The notes beneath the pieces are model-generated. The model searched no databases. It saw nothing but the letters and a program-made list of their open reading frames with translations, and was not told the DNA's origin. Source: Chiloscyllium plagiosum (Eukaryota). From it: a DNA stretch of 64,000 bases. Both the position numbers and the translations under genes were made by a program. Shown here piece after piece: positions 12,721-24,699 of this stretch (positions are counted from its first letter, which is position 1; every line of letters begins with the position of its first letter). The DNA is taken from positions 20,101,680 through 20,165,679 of the forward strand of contig NC_057720.1 in the NCBI RefSeq assembly GCF_004010195.1, read 5' to 3'.

Positions 12721-14389
12721 GTGAGTTATATCTGTCACTTCTGTAATCCTCCTCTCGGAATTACCACAGATTATGAATTTCAGATGGCGTGACTCAGCTA
12801 TTTGTGTACACTTTATGTCAGAGTTTTCTAAATAAAGTATAAAATAAAAATCCAAGGCACAAAAAGCCCCCAACCAAAGTCATTCCTGTCATCCTCTGTG
12901 AGGTGACTGTAATGCTTTGTCCTTTCTCATCCTCTGTTAATAGATAACCATAAGTTCCCACCTCAACACCTTTCTTCCATTGTCTACCATTGTATAAAGG
13001 CTTGAGGACCCAGGAAAGACCTTGCTGTGATGTTTCAGAGATGCTCTCCGCTGAGCAAAATAGCACAGTGTGGGTAGAGGTATGTATGTGAGATTTGTAG
13101 AGAAAAGCACATCTAGAGACTTTTAGACATGGGCATAAAACTACATGATGTGCCTCACTGGGAGTGCTCTCATTTAGTTCATTTTTGTCGATCTGATTTC
13201 AGCAAAAGCAGTTACAACAATGGTTTTATGCTACCCTATCACAGCTAATCCTGGAGTCCATAGGATATAGTCCTTTTACCTACATGCTGCTTACTCCTTG
13301 TCAAAGTCATATGTCGACACAAAGTCAGATTACACAAGTACGCTGACAATCTTCAAATCACCTTTCCGCCACTGCTTTGATCTCTCTATAGCCTTCTGTT
13401 ACCAGACTGTTTGTGTGACATCCAGTATGGATGAACTGAAGTTTCCTTTTGTTAATTTTGCAACGATCCAACAGCAATTAGAGACAGAGGCAAAAACTAA
13501 CTTCATATACATGCCAATGTTTCTGTGCCCCTCTCAGAAGTTGTCTCAGGCTAAGCATAAACATTGGCAGTCTCAACCTCCTATTCATCCTGTAGCTGAA
13601 ATTCTGAATCCAAGTTACCTCAAAAGAAAAACAGGCTTTAAATGCAAGGCCATCTCCTTACATCATAATAGTATTGCCCATATTCATTGCTATTTCACCC
13701 CAAGTCTGCTGAAATTATTTGTATAATCTCCAAATCTGACTATTCTTAAAGCACTCCTGGTGCCTTTTTCTCCTTCATCCATCTTTAATTTCAGGCCATG
13801 CAAATTTCTACTAAGTAAAATTCTCATAGATTCGAATTTTATCAAAGAATGTTGCAACACCTGTCGAGATTGGAAACTCTTTAAAAAAAAAAGAGATATC
13901 AGGTAGAGTCATAGAGATGTACAGCATGGAAACAGACACTTCGGTCCAACTCATCCATGCCAACCAGAATCCCAACCAAATCTAGTCCCACCTGCCAGCA
14001 CCTGGCCCAAATCCCTCCAAACTGTTCCTATTCATTTACCCTTCCAAATACCTTTTAAATGTTGCAATTGTACCAGCCTCCACCACTTCCTCTGGCAGCT
14101 CATTCCATACATGTACCACTTTCTGCGTGAAAATGTTGCCCCTTAGGTCTCTTTTATGTCTCTCCCCTCTCACCCTAAACCTTGGACCTCAGGGAAAAGA
14201 CTTTGTCTAGTTATCCTATCCATGCCCCTCATGATTTTGTAAACCTCTATAAGATCACCCCTCAGCCTCCGACGCTCCAGGGAAAACAGCCCCAGCCTGT
14301 TCAGCCTCTCCCCATAGCTCAAATCCTCCAACCCTGGCAACATCCTTGTAAATCTTTTCTGAACCCTTTCAAGTTTCACAACATCTTTC

Positions 14390-14905
14390 NNNNNNNNNNN
14401 NNNNNNNNNNNNNNNNNNNNNNNNNNNNNNNNNNNNNNNNNNNNNNNNNNNNNNNNNNNNNNNNNNNNNNNNNNNNNNNNNNNNNNNNNNNNNNNNNNNN
14501 NNNNNNNNNNNNNNNNNNNNNNNNNNNNNNNNNNNNNNNNNNNNNNNNNNNNNNNNNNNNNNNNNNNNNNNNNNNNNNNNNNNNNNNNNNNNNNNNNNNN
14601 NNNNNNNNNNNNNNNNNNNNNNNNNNNNNNNNNNNNNNNNNNNNNNNNNNNNNNNNNNNNNNNNNNNNNNNNNNNNNNNNNNNNNNNNNNNNNNNNNNNN
14701 NNNNNNNNNNNNNNNNNNNNNNNNNNNNNNNNNNNNNNNNNNNNNNNNNNNNNNNNNNNNNNNNNNNNNNNNNNNNNNNNNNNNNNNNNNNNNNNNNNNN
14801 NNNNNNNNNNNNNNNNNNNNNNNNNNNNNNNNNNNNNNNNNNNNNNNNNNNNNNNNNNNNNNNNNNNNNNNNNNNNNNNNNNNNNNNNNNNNNNNNNNNN
14901 NNNNN
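14390..14905. other. Assembly gap (516 N)
   Basis: Run of n. Confidence 1.
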
Positions 14906-14991
14906 ACGTTAGCCAACCTCCAGTCTTCTGGTACCTCACCTGTGAGTATTGATGATACAAATATCTCAGCAAGAGGCCCAACAATCACTTC

Positions 14992-15177
14992 CTACAGTCC
15001 AAAGTTGTGCAGGTCAGGTGAATTGGCCGTGCTAAATTGCCCATAGTGTTAGGTGCATTAGTCATGGGTGAATGTAGGGGAATAGGTCTGGGTGGATTTC
15101 TCTTCGAAGGGTCAGTGTGGACTTGTTGGGCCGAAGGGCCTGTTTCCACACTGTAGATAATCTAATCTAATCTAATC
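14992..15177 (+). mobile_element. V-SINE (HE1-like) 3' part nested in a CR1
   Basis: acagtccaaag...gggcctgtttccacactgtag followed by an (atcta)n tail. Confidence 0.8.
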
Positions 15178-17261
15178 TTCCCTACCTTCCCACAGAGTTC
15201 TAGGGTTTTCCTGATCAGATCCTGGAGATTTATCCACTTTTATGCATTTCAAGACATCCAGCACTTCCTCCTCTGTAATATGGACATTTTTCAAGATGTC
15301 ACCATCTATTTCCCTACATTCTATGTCTTCCATGTCCTTTTCCACAGTAAATATTCAAAATACTGGTTTAGTATCTCCCCCATTTTCTGCGGCTCCACAC
15401 AAAGGCTTCCTTGCTGATCTTTGAGGGGCCCTATTCTCTCCCTAGTTACTCTTTTGTCCTTAATGTATTTGTAAAAACCCTTGGGATTCTCCTTAATTCT
15501 ATTTGCCAAAGCTATTTCGTGTCCCCTTTTTCAGTCCTGATTTCTCTCTTTAAGTATACTCCTACTGCCTTTACACTCTTCTAAGGATTCACTCGATCTT
15601 TCCTGTCTATACCTTACATATGCTTCCTTTTTCTTAACCAAACCCTCAATTTCTTTCGTCATCCAGTATTCCCTATACCTACCAGCCTTTCCTTTCACCC
15701 TAACAGGAATATACTTTCTCTGGATTCTTGTTATCTCATTTTTGAAGGCTTCCCATTTTCCAGCCGACCCTTTACTTGCGAACACCTGACCCCAATCAGC
15801 TTTTGAAAGTTCTTGCCTCGTACCATCAAAATTGACCTTTTTACAATTTAGAGCTTCAACGTTTAGATCTGGTCTATCCTTTTCCATCATTATTTTAAAT
15901 CTAATAGAATTGTGGTCGCTGGCCCCAAAGTGCTCCCCCACTGACACCTCAGTCACCTGCCCTGCCTTATTTCCCAAGAGTTGGTCAAGTTTTGCACCTT
16001 CTCGAATAGGTACATCTGCATACTGAATCAGAAAATTGTCTTGTACACACTTAACAAATTCCTCTCCATCTAAACCCTTAACACTATGGTAATCCCTGTC
16101 TATGTTTGGAAAGTTAAAATCCCGGACCATAACCACCCTATTATTCTTACAGATAGCTGAGATCTCCTTACAGGTCTGTTTCTCAATTTCCCTCTGACTA
16201 TTAGGGGGTCTGTAATACAATCCCAATAAGGTGATCATCATCTCTTTCTTATCTCTCAGTTCCACCCAAATAACTTCCCTGGATGTATTTCCGGGAATAT
16301 CCTCCCTCAGTATTCTTCAGTGACTAATGGACAGAAGTTCATGCTTTTCTTTTTCATTTTAAGGCACTAACCGAATCAAATGAATTAAAATCAGTATTGA
16401 ATGAACCCTACTTAATCATCAACTACTGTGTAATCTTAAAGAAAAGACATTTATCTGTTTACAAACTAACACCACCTAGCTTTTCAGCAGGTTCCCCTCT
16501 TCCACTCTGCCTCCTGTGATGCATTGTTTGAAAAACTGCCTTTTGAAAATTACTACTCTTGGCATTCTAAGTATTCCTAATTGTCTTCTGGCAATGAGGC
16601 AAATGCCGAGGTCTCTTTGATCTTGAAGTTTCTACTCGCCCTGTCTCTTTGAATAGAGAATTGGTTCTTTTTGGTCAATTGCTTTGTAGCTAACACAAGC
16701 CAGTCTTTTTCCTTGTTTATGACAGCAGTTGGGTTTCTGTTTCTCTTGTTCCAGGTTTTTGGGTCTGTACATGTATATGTCCAGAAAGACTAGCTCCTTT
16801 TTGTTGTGTCAAGGTGTGAAAACTAACACTTGATTTTCAATAGTTTTTGGTTTGCATCTCTTTCTCAATAACAGCATGCCATTTTGCACCTGCTTCCACC
16901 TACTTTGGGATGATTTTACCCTATTTTCAGGGCACGCTGTTTTATTTTCAAAGGCACAGTTTAAAATGTACCAACCTTATAAAATCTTTGTTTGTAATAA
17001 TTAGTAATTCTCTAGGTTTTTTAGAAAAAAAAGATTCCTAAGTAATGTGCTTCTGTGAAGAAGTGTCTCCATTCAACATGTAAACTTGCTTTTTCTTTCC
17101 ACAGATAATGATTATTTTGCAGGATCCTCTGTCTTTGGGTTAGATTTTCATCCTGTGCAGAATATTACTTTTTAAATAAATGATATTGTGATTTTACTGT
17201 TGATTTGCTGTATTCTTATTCCATCACTTCATAATTAATTTTGAGTGTTTTTCCTTTTCAG

Positions 17262-17318
17262 CCTCTTTTGGATATATTTCTGTATATATTTAAACTAACA
17301 AGTGCAATAGGTGCTCAG
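17262..17318 (+). CDS. ABCD3: ABCD3 exon 8 (57 nt)
   Basis: tttcag|CCT...CAG|gtgagt; PLLDIFLYIFKLTSAIGAQ. Confidence 0.95.
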
Positions 17319-17612
17319 GTGAGTTCTGAATAAATTAGTTGTTTACTGATAGTAAGGGCTGAAAGAGCTTGTGTTAACTTTCTGAGCAAATGAGAAAATG
17401 TTTTGATACACTTAGATTCAAAAATATCATTGCATCAAATAAAATGATAATATCACCTGGATTTTAATGTACAGATACTGATTTGGTGAGTTGAATATTG
17501 TTTTGATTATAAACCTTTGCTTGTTTTGGTGCTTGTACATTTTGAGAATATTATATTGGCATTACTGCAAATATATATATATATTTTTGAACAATTACTG
17601 TCTTTGTCTTAG

Positions 17613-17755
17613 GGTCCTGCAAGCATGATGGCTTACCTGATTGTTTCAGGTTTGCTTCTGACTCGACTTAGAAGACCAATTGGTAAAATGACAATGACAG
17701 AGCAAAGATATGAAGGCGAATACAGATATGTCAACTCACGGCTTATTACAAATAG
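17613..17755 (+). CDS. ABCD3: ABCD3 exon 9 (143 nt)
   Basis: tcttag|GGT...AAT AG|gtgagg; GPASMMAYLIVSGLLLTRLRRPIGKMTMTEQRYEGEYRYVNSRLITN(S). Confidence 0.96.
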
Positions 17756-18524
17756 GTGAGGAGACACTTAGTAAAATCAGTGGATTTTTAAATTGCTTTA
17801 AATGGAAGGATATGTGATATTTTATCATGACATGCCTCACCCTGCTTTCCAAACCATTGTTGGCTAGTTCTTTCTCTACTTATTGCAGCACCAAACAATT
17901 TGTGTGATTCGCCTTGCTGTCTTATTGTTTTATTAGTTTATTTCTTGCAAAGCCTTTCTAAAGCCAAAGCAGAAATTAAGAAGTTTGGCTCCTGTATTCT
18001 GCAGAGGAATTTTTTCCTCCATAGTGAATCTGTGGGATTATTTACTGCAGAGTGCTGTGTAGAGGCAGGTATTCAAAGTTAAGAATCACACCACACCCGG
18101 TTATAGTCCAATAGGTTTATTTGGAAGCCCTAGCTTCCAGAGTGCTGCTCCTTCATCAGGTAGCTGTGGAACAGGATCATAAAATACAGAATTTATAGCA
18201 AAAGATTACAGTGTCATGCAACTGAAATGATATATTGAACAAATCTAGATTGCTGTTAAGTCTGTCATCTTTTAGAATGGGTTGTAAGTTTCATTTATTA
18301 ATATGTAAATTCCACAACTACTTTTGAGTCACATTTTCGAAATAACTTAAGATTTTATAAAGAAAGGTTGACATCTCAGCTCAAACAATTAAAGGTGTGA
18401 GGTTAGAGTCTGTCTGTATCCCAATCATGAGTCAGAATGGTTCTATTTCCAAAGTAGGAATTTATAAAATATTACATGGATTGACTGCCTGCAGATTGTG
18501 TGCTTTTTGAACAAAATAGAATGT

Positions 18525-18725
18525 ATAGAACATAGAACATAGAACATAGAAGAATACAGCGCAGTACAGGCCCTTGGGCCCTCGATGTTGCGCCGATCCA
18601 AGCCCACCTAAACTACACTAACCCACTATCCTCCATATACCTATCCAATGCCCTCTTAAATGCCCATAAAGAGGGAGAGTCCACCACTGTTACTGGCAGG
18701 GCATTCCATGAACTAACGACTCGCT
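18525..18725 (-). mobile_element. LINE 3' end with a (tagaaca)n tail
   Basis: Minus ORF QRVVSSWNALP; tandem tail. Confidence 0.8.
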
Positions 18726-20001
18726 GCAAATATAATTCTGCAAATACAAATTTACCCCATAGACTTGTGTGTCTGTATGCATGAGAGAGAGAGAGAGAGA
18801 AAGGGAGTATGAGTGTGTGTACGTGAATGTGAGTTGCACGTGAGATAGTGTGTGTTTGTGTATGTGTGTGAATGTGATGGAGTATAAGTTGAGAGTGTGC
18901 ACATAGCTGTGAGTATGGGGAATGTATGTATATGTGTGTGTGTATGAGAGGGTCTGCATGAGTGTGTGCTTCCACCCTAAACATATTAAAACAGCCATCT
19001 CCTACAGACAAGCCCTGTGCATACACACATTCTGTTCAGATGAGGACGAATATGACAGTCAGCTGAAGGTGCACAAGGATGCCCTCATAAGAACAGGGTA
19101 CGCTGCTCAACTCATCGATTGCCAGTTCTGACGTACCACAGTGAGAAACTGCAATGACCACCTCAGGAGACAGGCACGGGATTCGACTGATAGTGTACCC
19201 TTCGGTGTTCAGTTCTTCCCGGGAGTGGAGAAACCATATCATGTTCTTCGCAGCTTGTAACACATTATTGATGAGAATGAGAATCTTGCCCAGCCCTTTC
19301 ATACCTGTCCATTTCTTGCCTTCAAACAACTGCCAAACCTTAAATAGACTGTTGTTCACAGCAAATTGGTCAGCCTTTTGGACAACATGGACCACAATAC
19401 TGTACAACCCTGTCGTGGCAACTATTACAATACGTGTCAGAGTGTCAAAATGGATGCTACCATTACACATGGGGTCACTACCCACCATGTATGCAGCAGG
19501 TACTCATGTGATTCTGCCAACGTTGTCTATCTCTTACGCTGCAGGCAAGGATGACCTGAGGCATGGTACATTGATGAGACAAAGCAGACGCTGCCACAAC
19601 GGATGAATAGACACGGTGCAACAATTGCCAGACAGGGGTATTCTCTCCCAGTTGGGAACACTTAGGCGGTCAGGGACATTTGGCCTCAGATCTTCGGTGA
19701 CCATACTCCAAGGCGGACTTCGGGACAGGCAACAATGCAAAGAGGCCGAGCAGAGGCTGATAGCCAAGTTTAGTGCCCATGGGGATGGCCTCAACCAGGA
19801 CCTTGGGTTCATGTCTCTGTATGGGTGATGTCTCTCTGTCTCTCTGCCTCAGTGTCTCTCTATCTGTCTATCTATCTCTCTCTCGCACATCTCGTTCTTA
19901 TGTACTCGCACAGACCTTCTTTCATGCACATGCTCTCTGTCAAACATGCACCCCCCCCAACTCACACCCATGCACACATCCTCTCATAGGCTTAAACTTC
20001 A

Positions 20002-20043
20002 TCTCTCTCTCTCTCTCTCTCCCTCTCTCTCTCCCTCTCTCCC
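20002..20043. repeat. (CT)n microsatellite
   Basis: Imperfect ct run, mirrored by (GA)n at about 18783-18800. Confidence 0.85.
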
Positions 20044-20604
20044 TCGCACTTGTACATACATGCACACAATCTGCAGGCAGTCAATCCATGTACATAGAAC
20101 ATTACAGCACAGGCCCTTTGGCCTCGATGTTGCACCATGTAACATTTTATAAATTCCTACTTTGGAAATAGAACCAGTCTGATTCAAGATTGAGATACAG
20201 ACAGACCTCACACCTTTAATGTATTGTCTGAGCTGATATGTAATTTTTTTTATAAAACCTTGTTATCTCGAGAATGTGACTTAAAAGATGTGGGATTTAC
20301 ATATGAATGAACCGAAACTTGCAACCCATTCTAAAAGATGAAAGACTTAAACAGCAATCTAGGTTTGTTCAATATATCTATCCAATAGGTCAAACAGTAC
20401 GTAAAACAGGAAGATAAATGTTTCTCTAATGATTGAATGATGGCACAGCCTCGATGGGCCAAATGGTCTAATTCTGCTCCGATGTCTCCTTTATAGTGTA
20501 ATGCTGTAACCCATCTTTGTTCCACCAGATTTGTTTCTGGAATGGGGAACTATGAAGAGAGTTTGGGTAAATTGGGTTTGTATACCCAAGAGTTTCAAAG
20601 AATG

Positions 20605-20968
20605 TCAGAGGCTGAGGGGTGATCTTGCAGAGGTTTATAAAACATGAGAGGCATGGATAGGATAAATAGACCAAGTATTTTCCCTGGGGTGGGGGAGTCC
20701 AGAACAAAAGGGCATAGGTTTAGAGAGAGAGGGGAAAGATATAAAAGAGACCCAAGGGGCAACTTTTTCACGCAGAGGGTGGTACGTGTATGGAATGAGC
20801 TGCCAGAGGAAGTGGTGGAGGCTATTACAATTGCAACATTTAAAAGGCGTTTGGAGGGATATGGGCCACGTGCTGGCAGGTGGGACTAGATTGGTTTGGG
20901 ATATCTGGTCGGCATGGACGAGTGGACTGAAGGGTCTGTTTCTGTGCTGTACATCTCTATCACTCTAT
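20605..20968 (+). mobile_element. CR1 3' fragment
   Basis: ORF RTKGHRF..NFFTQRVVRVWNELP plus 3' UTR. Confidence 0.9.
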
Positions 20969-21979
20969 GATATCATTCCAGTTGCATGATGCTGTAATCT
21001 ATTGCTATAAATTCTGTGTCTTATGATCCTGTTCCACAGTTACCTGAGGAAGGAGTAGGGCTCCGAAAACTAGTGCTTCCAAATAAACCGGTTGGACTAT
21101 AACTGCTGTTGTGTGATTTTTAACTTTGTCCACCCCAGTCCAACTTCGGCTCCTCCACATCATAGTATAGTCAAGGCTGAGATAGGCAGATTTTTAATCA
21201 GTAAGCGAATTGAGAGTTCTGGGCAAAAGAAGGAAAAGTGAGGATTATCACATTAGCCATGATCTCATTGGCAGAGCAGATTTGCTGGGCTGAATATCCT
21301 ACATCTGTTCCTTTGCCTTATGGTTACATTTACGCATTCTTTGACTTTCTAGAGTAGATTATTAATTTGCTAATGTACTGCTTTACTGAACTATGTAAAC
21401 GTTTGGGCTAGATACCAAGGCCCAATATTTTTCTGTAAGCATGGTGGATCAGAAATTGCTGAAAGAACTCTGAGACCAGGGAAGCAGTTGTCCTGATAAA
21501 CTCAGTAGTAAACTTTTGTTGTCTTTTTTTCCCTGCCTGGCAGCTGGCCAACTTGATATTAGCATGGGGAAGTTAGAATCACAGCAGGGGTCAAGAGCAT
21601 GCAATAGAGGCTGATGGTTTACTCGAGGGAATTGCAGGTGTGCTCCCCTAATCCCAAGTCACAAGCTTGCTAGATGCTGTGTCCTATTTGTTGCTAGATA
21701 TTGTGACTTCTCAAAAATTTAATATTTAAATTAGGCCACCGATTGCACTGTTGGGATTTGATTTAATTATGTTAAAGAAGTGCTGCACTTCTCCACAGTG
21801 CAACACTCAAACAAACCTGCAGTTGTAAGAACAGCAAGTGTATTTGGCGTGAGTTGGGTTTGTGTACCTCTCATTTCTAATCCACTCCCACCTGTTGTGG
21901 AAGGTAGCAATAGCACATTTGAAGTATAAGTTTACAGATAAAGAACTGGACTAAACAATTAGTACTTTTGTGCTTACAG

Positions 21980-22049
21980 TGAAGAAATTGCTTTTTATCA
22001 TGGGAACAGTCGAGAGAAACAGACTATACATACCACGTTTAAAAGGCTG
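21980..22049 (+). CDS. ABCD3: ABCD3 exon 10 (70 nt), EAA-like motif
   Basis: ttacag|T GAA...CTG|gtaagc; EEIAFYHGNSREKQTIHTTFKRL. Confidence 0.95.
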
Positions 22050-24699
22050 GTAAGCAATCACTTCAGTCTCTTTAAAATTTGCAATTCCATTGGTCTTGTA
22101 TATGGTGGTGAATTATTTAAGGACATTTATGAAAGCTTGAAATTTAAGTTAAGGGATAAGAAAAATAAAGTGCAGTATCAGATATTTAAGGGGAATTTTA
22201 GAATGTGCAGGAAAAATCCATTTCAACAAGGAAGAAAAATTCTAAATGGCAGATCCACCATCTGTGGCTAACAAAAAAAAAGTTAGATGGTTATCATCCT
22301 TGGTGTATTTTCGATTGCTTAGATGAAATAATATAGTTTTGATAAACTATTTTTGCTCTTTGACAATTACTTTTAAAATTACCTGAAATATAAATTGGGT
22401 TATGCATCATTAATCTACATGCTCTTGTGTTCATTAATTATGCAGTACTTTTGTGAGCTATTCATCCATATCGAGGAGTTTGGCTCGTGATTACACTGTT
22501 GAGATTTGATTTAACTATGTTAAAGTGCTGCTGCACCCAAAATTTGTCTGGGAGCGAAAGTTCCTCTGGAATATTCTGAAGCTGTACACTTGGGCATTAA
22601 AAGACCCAGTTTAAGTTTCTCACAGCGAAGAAGCACAGTTGTGGATTTCCTGATGGAGAATTTGTGTAATGATGGGCAAGCTGTTATGTGTTTGGCACTT
22701 TTTAAAAAGTATTTCTGCTAACCAGTGGTGTGGGCTAAAAGTGAGAAGCCAATTAGCGCTCACAAGCATGAAGCACGCAAGCTATCTTCACCCACACACT
22801 AGACATATTGCATTGTTGGCAAGCAATCTAAGTGAAAAGCATATCCCAAGACACAGAATGGCCAAGTTTTTGCATGGGGACATATTTTGGTTTTTTATCC
22901 CTTGGGGGTACACCTGAGCAAATATCAGAAATATAGGGGTTGCCACAACAATAAACATGAACTTCATCAAAAGCAATCAATTGATAATTTACATGAATAA
23001 TTGATAGGAATGACCATTAATAGCTTAGTGATAAAGTAAGTTTTTCACTTTTGTTTAAGAAGCTGCGCTTGAAAGAGAAAAAGTATCAACCCAATTTATG
23101 ATCACCAATGAAGGGGTAATGACTGGGTCAGGCTGTGGAGATAGATTTAACTCTGGCTAAGCTTTTGGCGTGCTTCTGGTGAAGCACACTCCAAGTTGGC
23201 CTCTGAATTCCCAAGAAAGTGGCGGATCAGAAGTGATCTGTCTTTCGAGCTGGGATTCCCTCTTCATATAGCTTGCTTTGCGTCTCCTCTCCCTCTCCCA
23301 TACTATTTCATACCTTTCTCTCTTCTACCCCCCCTCCAACCTGCCCCTCTCTCTTACCCCTTTATCTGCCTGTCTTGCTCTGCCCCTTTAGTTTAAAGAA
23401 ATAATCCATGGGGCTTTGTGTTCCTAAAAATGCTACCTGCATTATTAACCCACTGACAAATGTTTTACATTCAAATAAAAATGGCCTTTTTATTTTGTCT
23501 TGGAGAAACTTGAACATAATTTGGTAAAAGTCAATTTCTTTCTCCAAAATAAAATCAAAGAAACATTTAGCAGGAGTGACTTGGCAACCTTTCATTCAGT
23601 CCCTCACTGTGATGAGCAGTTCTTCTCTGCCATCCAACTCTTGGTGTCTTACCCCTGTCGTGCTACTCTCATCTCCTATCACTCCTGTCCAAGAAATTTC
23701 TAGATTTGGCCCGCAGGCTTACTACCACAGCTGCAGTCTCAGGTTGTTCACTGTTCCTCTAATCACAGATTGGTTTTGTCCCACACTTGCTGCTAACAGG
23801 TTCACTGGTAAGCCTGCAGCAGCACGTACTGGAGAAAATGGGCCTCTGGTTGGCGAGATTTCTTATGAAATCTTTGATTTACCAGTATTTGAAACTCTAG
23901 CTTCGATAAACAAATAAAATTCAAATAACAATATATTTTCATTTAACATTTTTCTCCTGGTCTGTGAGACTTCTCATGTCAGTTATATAATTATTCATAT
24001 GGCAGCTGTGTGAATGAACAGTAAATTTGTCTACCGGTAAAGCAGCTGGTGGGCCATATGTAATGGTGTGTGACCTGTAATGTTGGAGCTTCTACATTTG
24101 ACCAATGAGCCAGACCGAATTACCAGCTATGGGAAAATGTTCCATTGATTTAAACCTCAGGAGAACTGAAGCCTTGCGGACTACATCCTGACAAAAAGTA
24201 TTTAGTGAAATTGAAGATTGGATTGATGCTTGAATATGTCATTTTTCAGCAGCTCCTGCAACCAAGTCAAAGATAGTGCAATGCATTCTTTTGGACTGTT
24301 ATGATCCCAGTCCAGGTCACTAACTTTGTTATGATTCTGGATAAGATCCCCAAATTATGTTACGAAATGGTTTCAGACCAGTTTTTATTTATAAAGTAGC
24401 CAAAAGTTAGGATTCAGGTTACTTTTAGGAAAATAAAGACGCAAGATTCCTTGGTTTAGAACACAGAGCAGTACTTTACAATTTAGAATAAAGGTAGAAT
24501 CTATGATATATTTAAATATCTTTTATCTAACACCTAGAATTAATGTACTAAATTTGTCTAATGGATCGTGATCAAACACCACAATACATTCTAATCAGAA
24601 TAAATTCTACAACTTTCTCAGTACTCCCTCCACAAATTAATGACATGGTAGATCCTCACATCTCATTAGACCTAACAAGGGATTGCAATACAGTAATAT

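Larger units (their letters stand above)
13906..16310 (-). mobile_element. CR1 LINE (endonuclease to 3' end), spanning an N gap
   Basis: ORF 15531-16265 has YYRPP, DFNFP and SDHN endonuclease motifs; RT C-terminus at 14170-14389. Confidence 0.92.
18078..21162 (+). mobile_element. Penelope-like element: inverted terminal repeats around a degraded RT C-terminus/GIY-YIG fragment, with nested LINE pieces
   Basis: HPKHIKTAISY.., SANVVYLLRC and WYIDETKQ at about 18970-19830; the arm 18078-18525 is inverted relative to 20066-20378 plus 20970-21125. Confidence 0.82.

Noticed and set aside
13061..13079. 19 nt match (tagcacagtgtgggtagag) to about 56306-56324
   Set aside because: Short and 43 kb apart; probably shared ancient repeat remnants, and not interpretable.
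14170..14988. Long ORFs spanning the first N gap (and similar ones at 61286-62031)
   Set aside because: Artefacts of translating through N; the flanks are CR1 RT.
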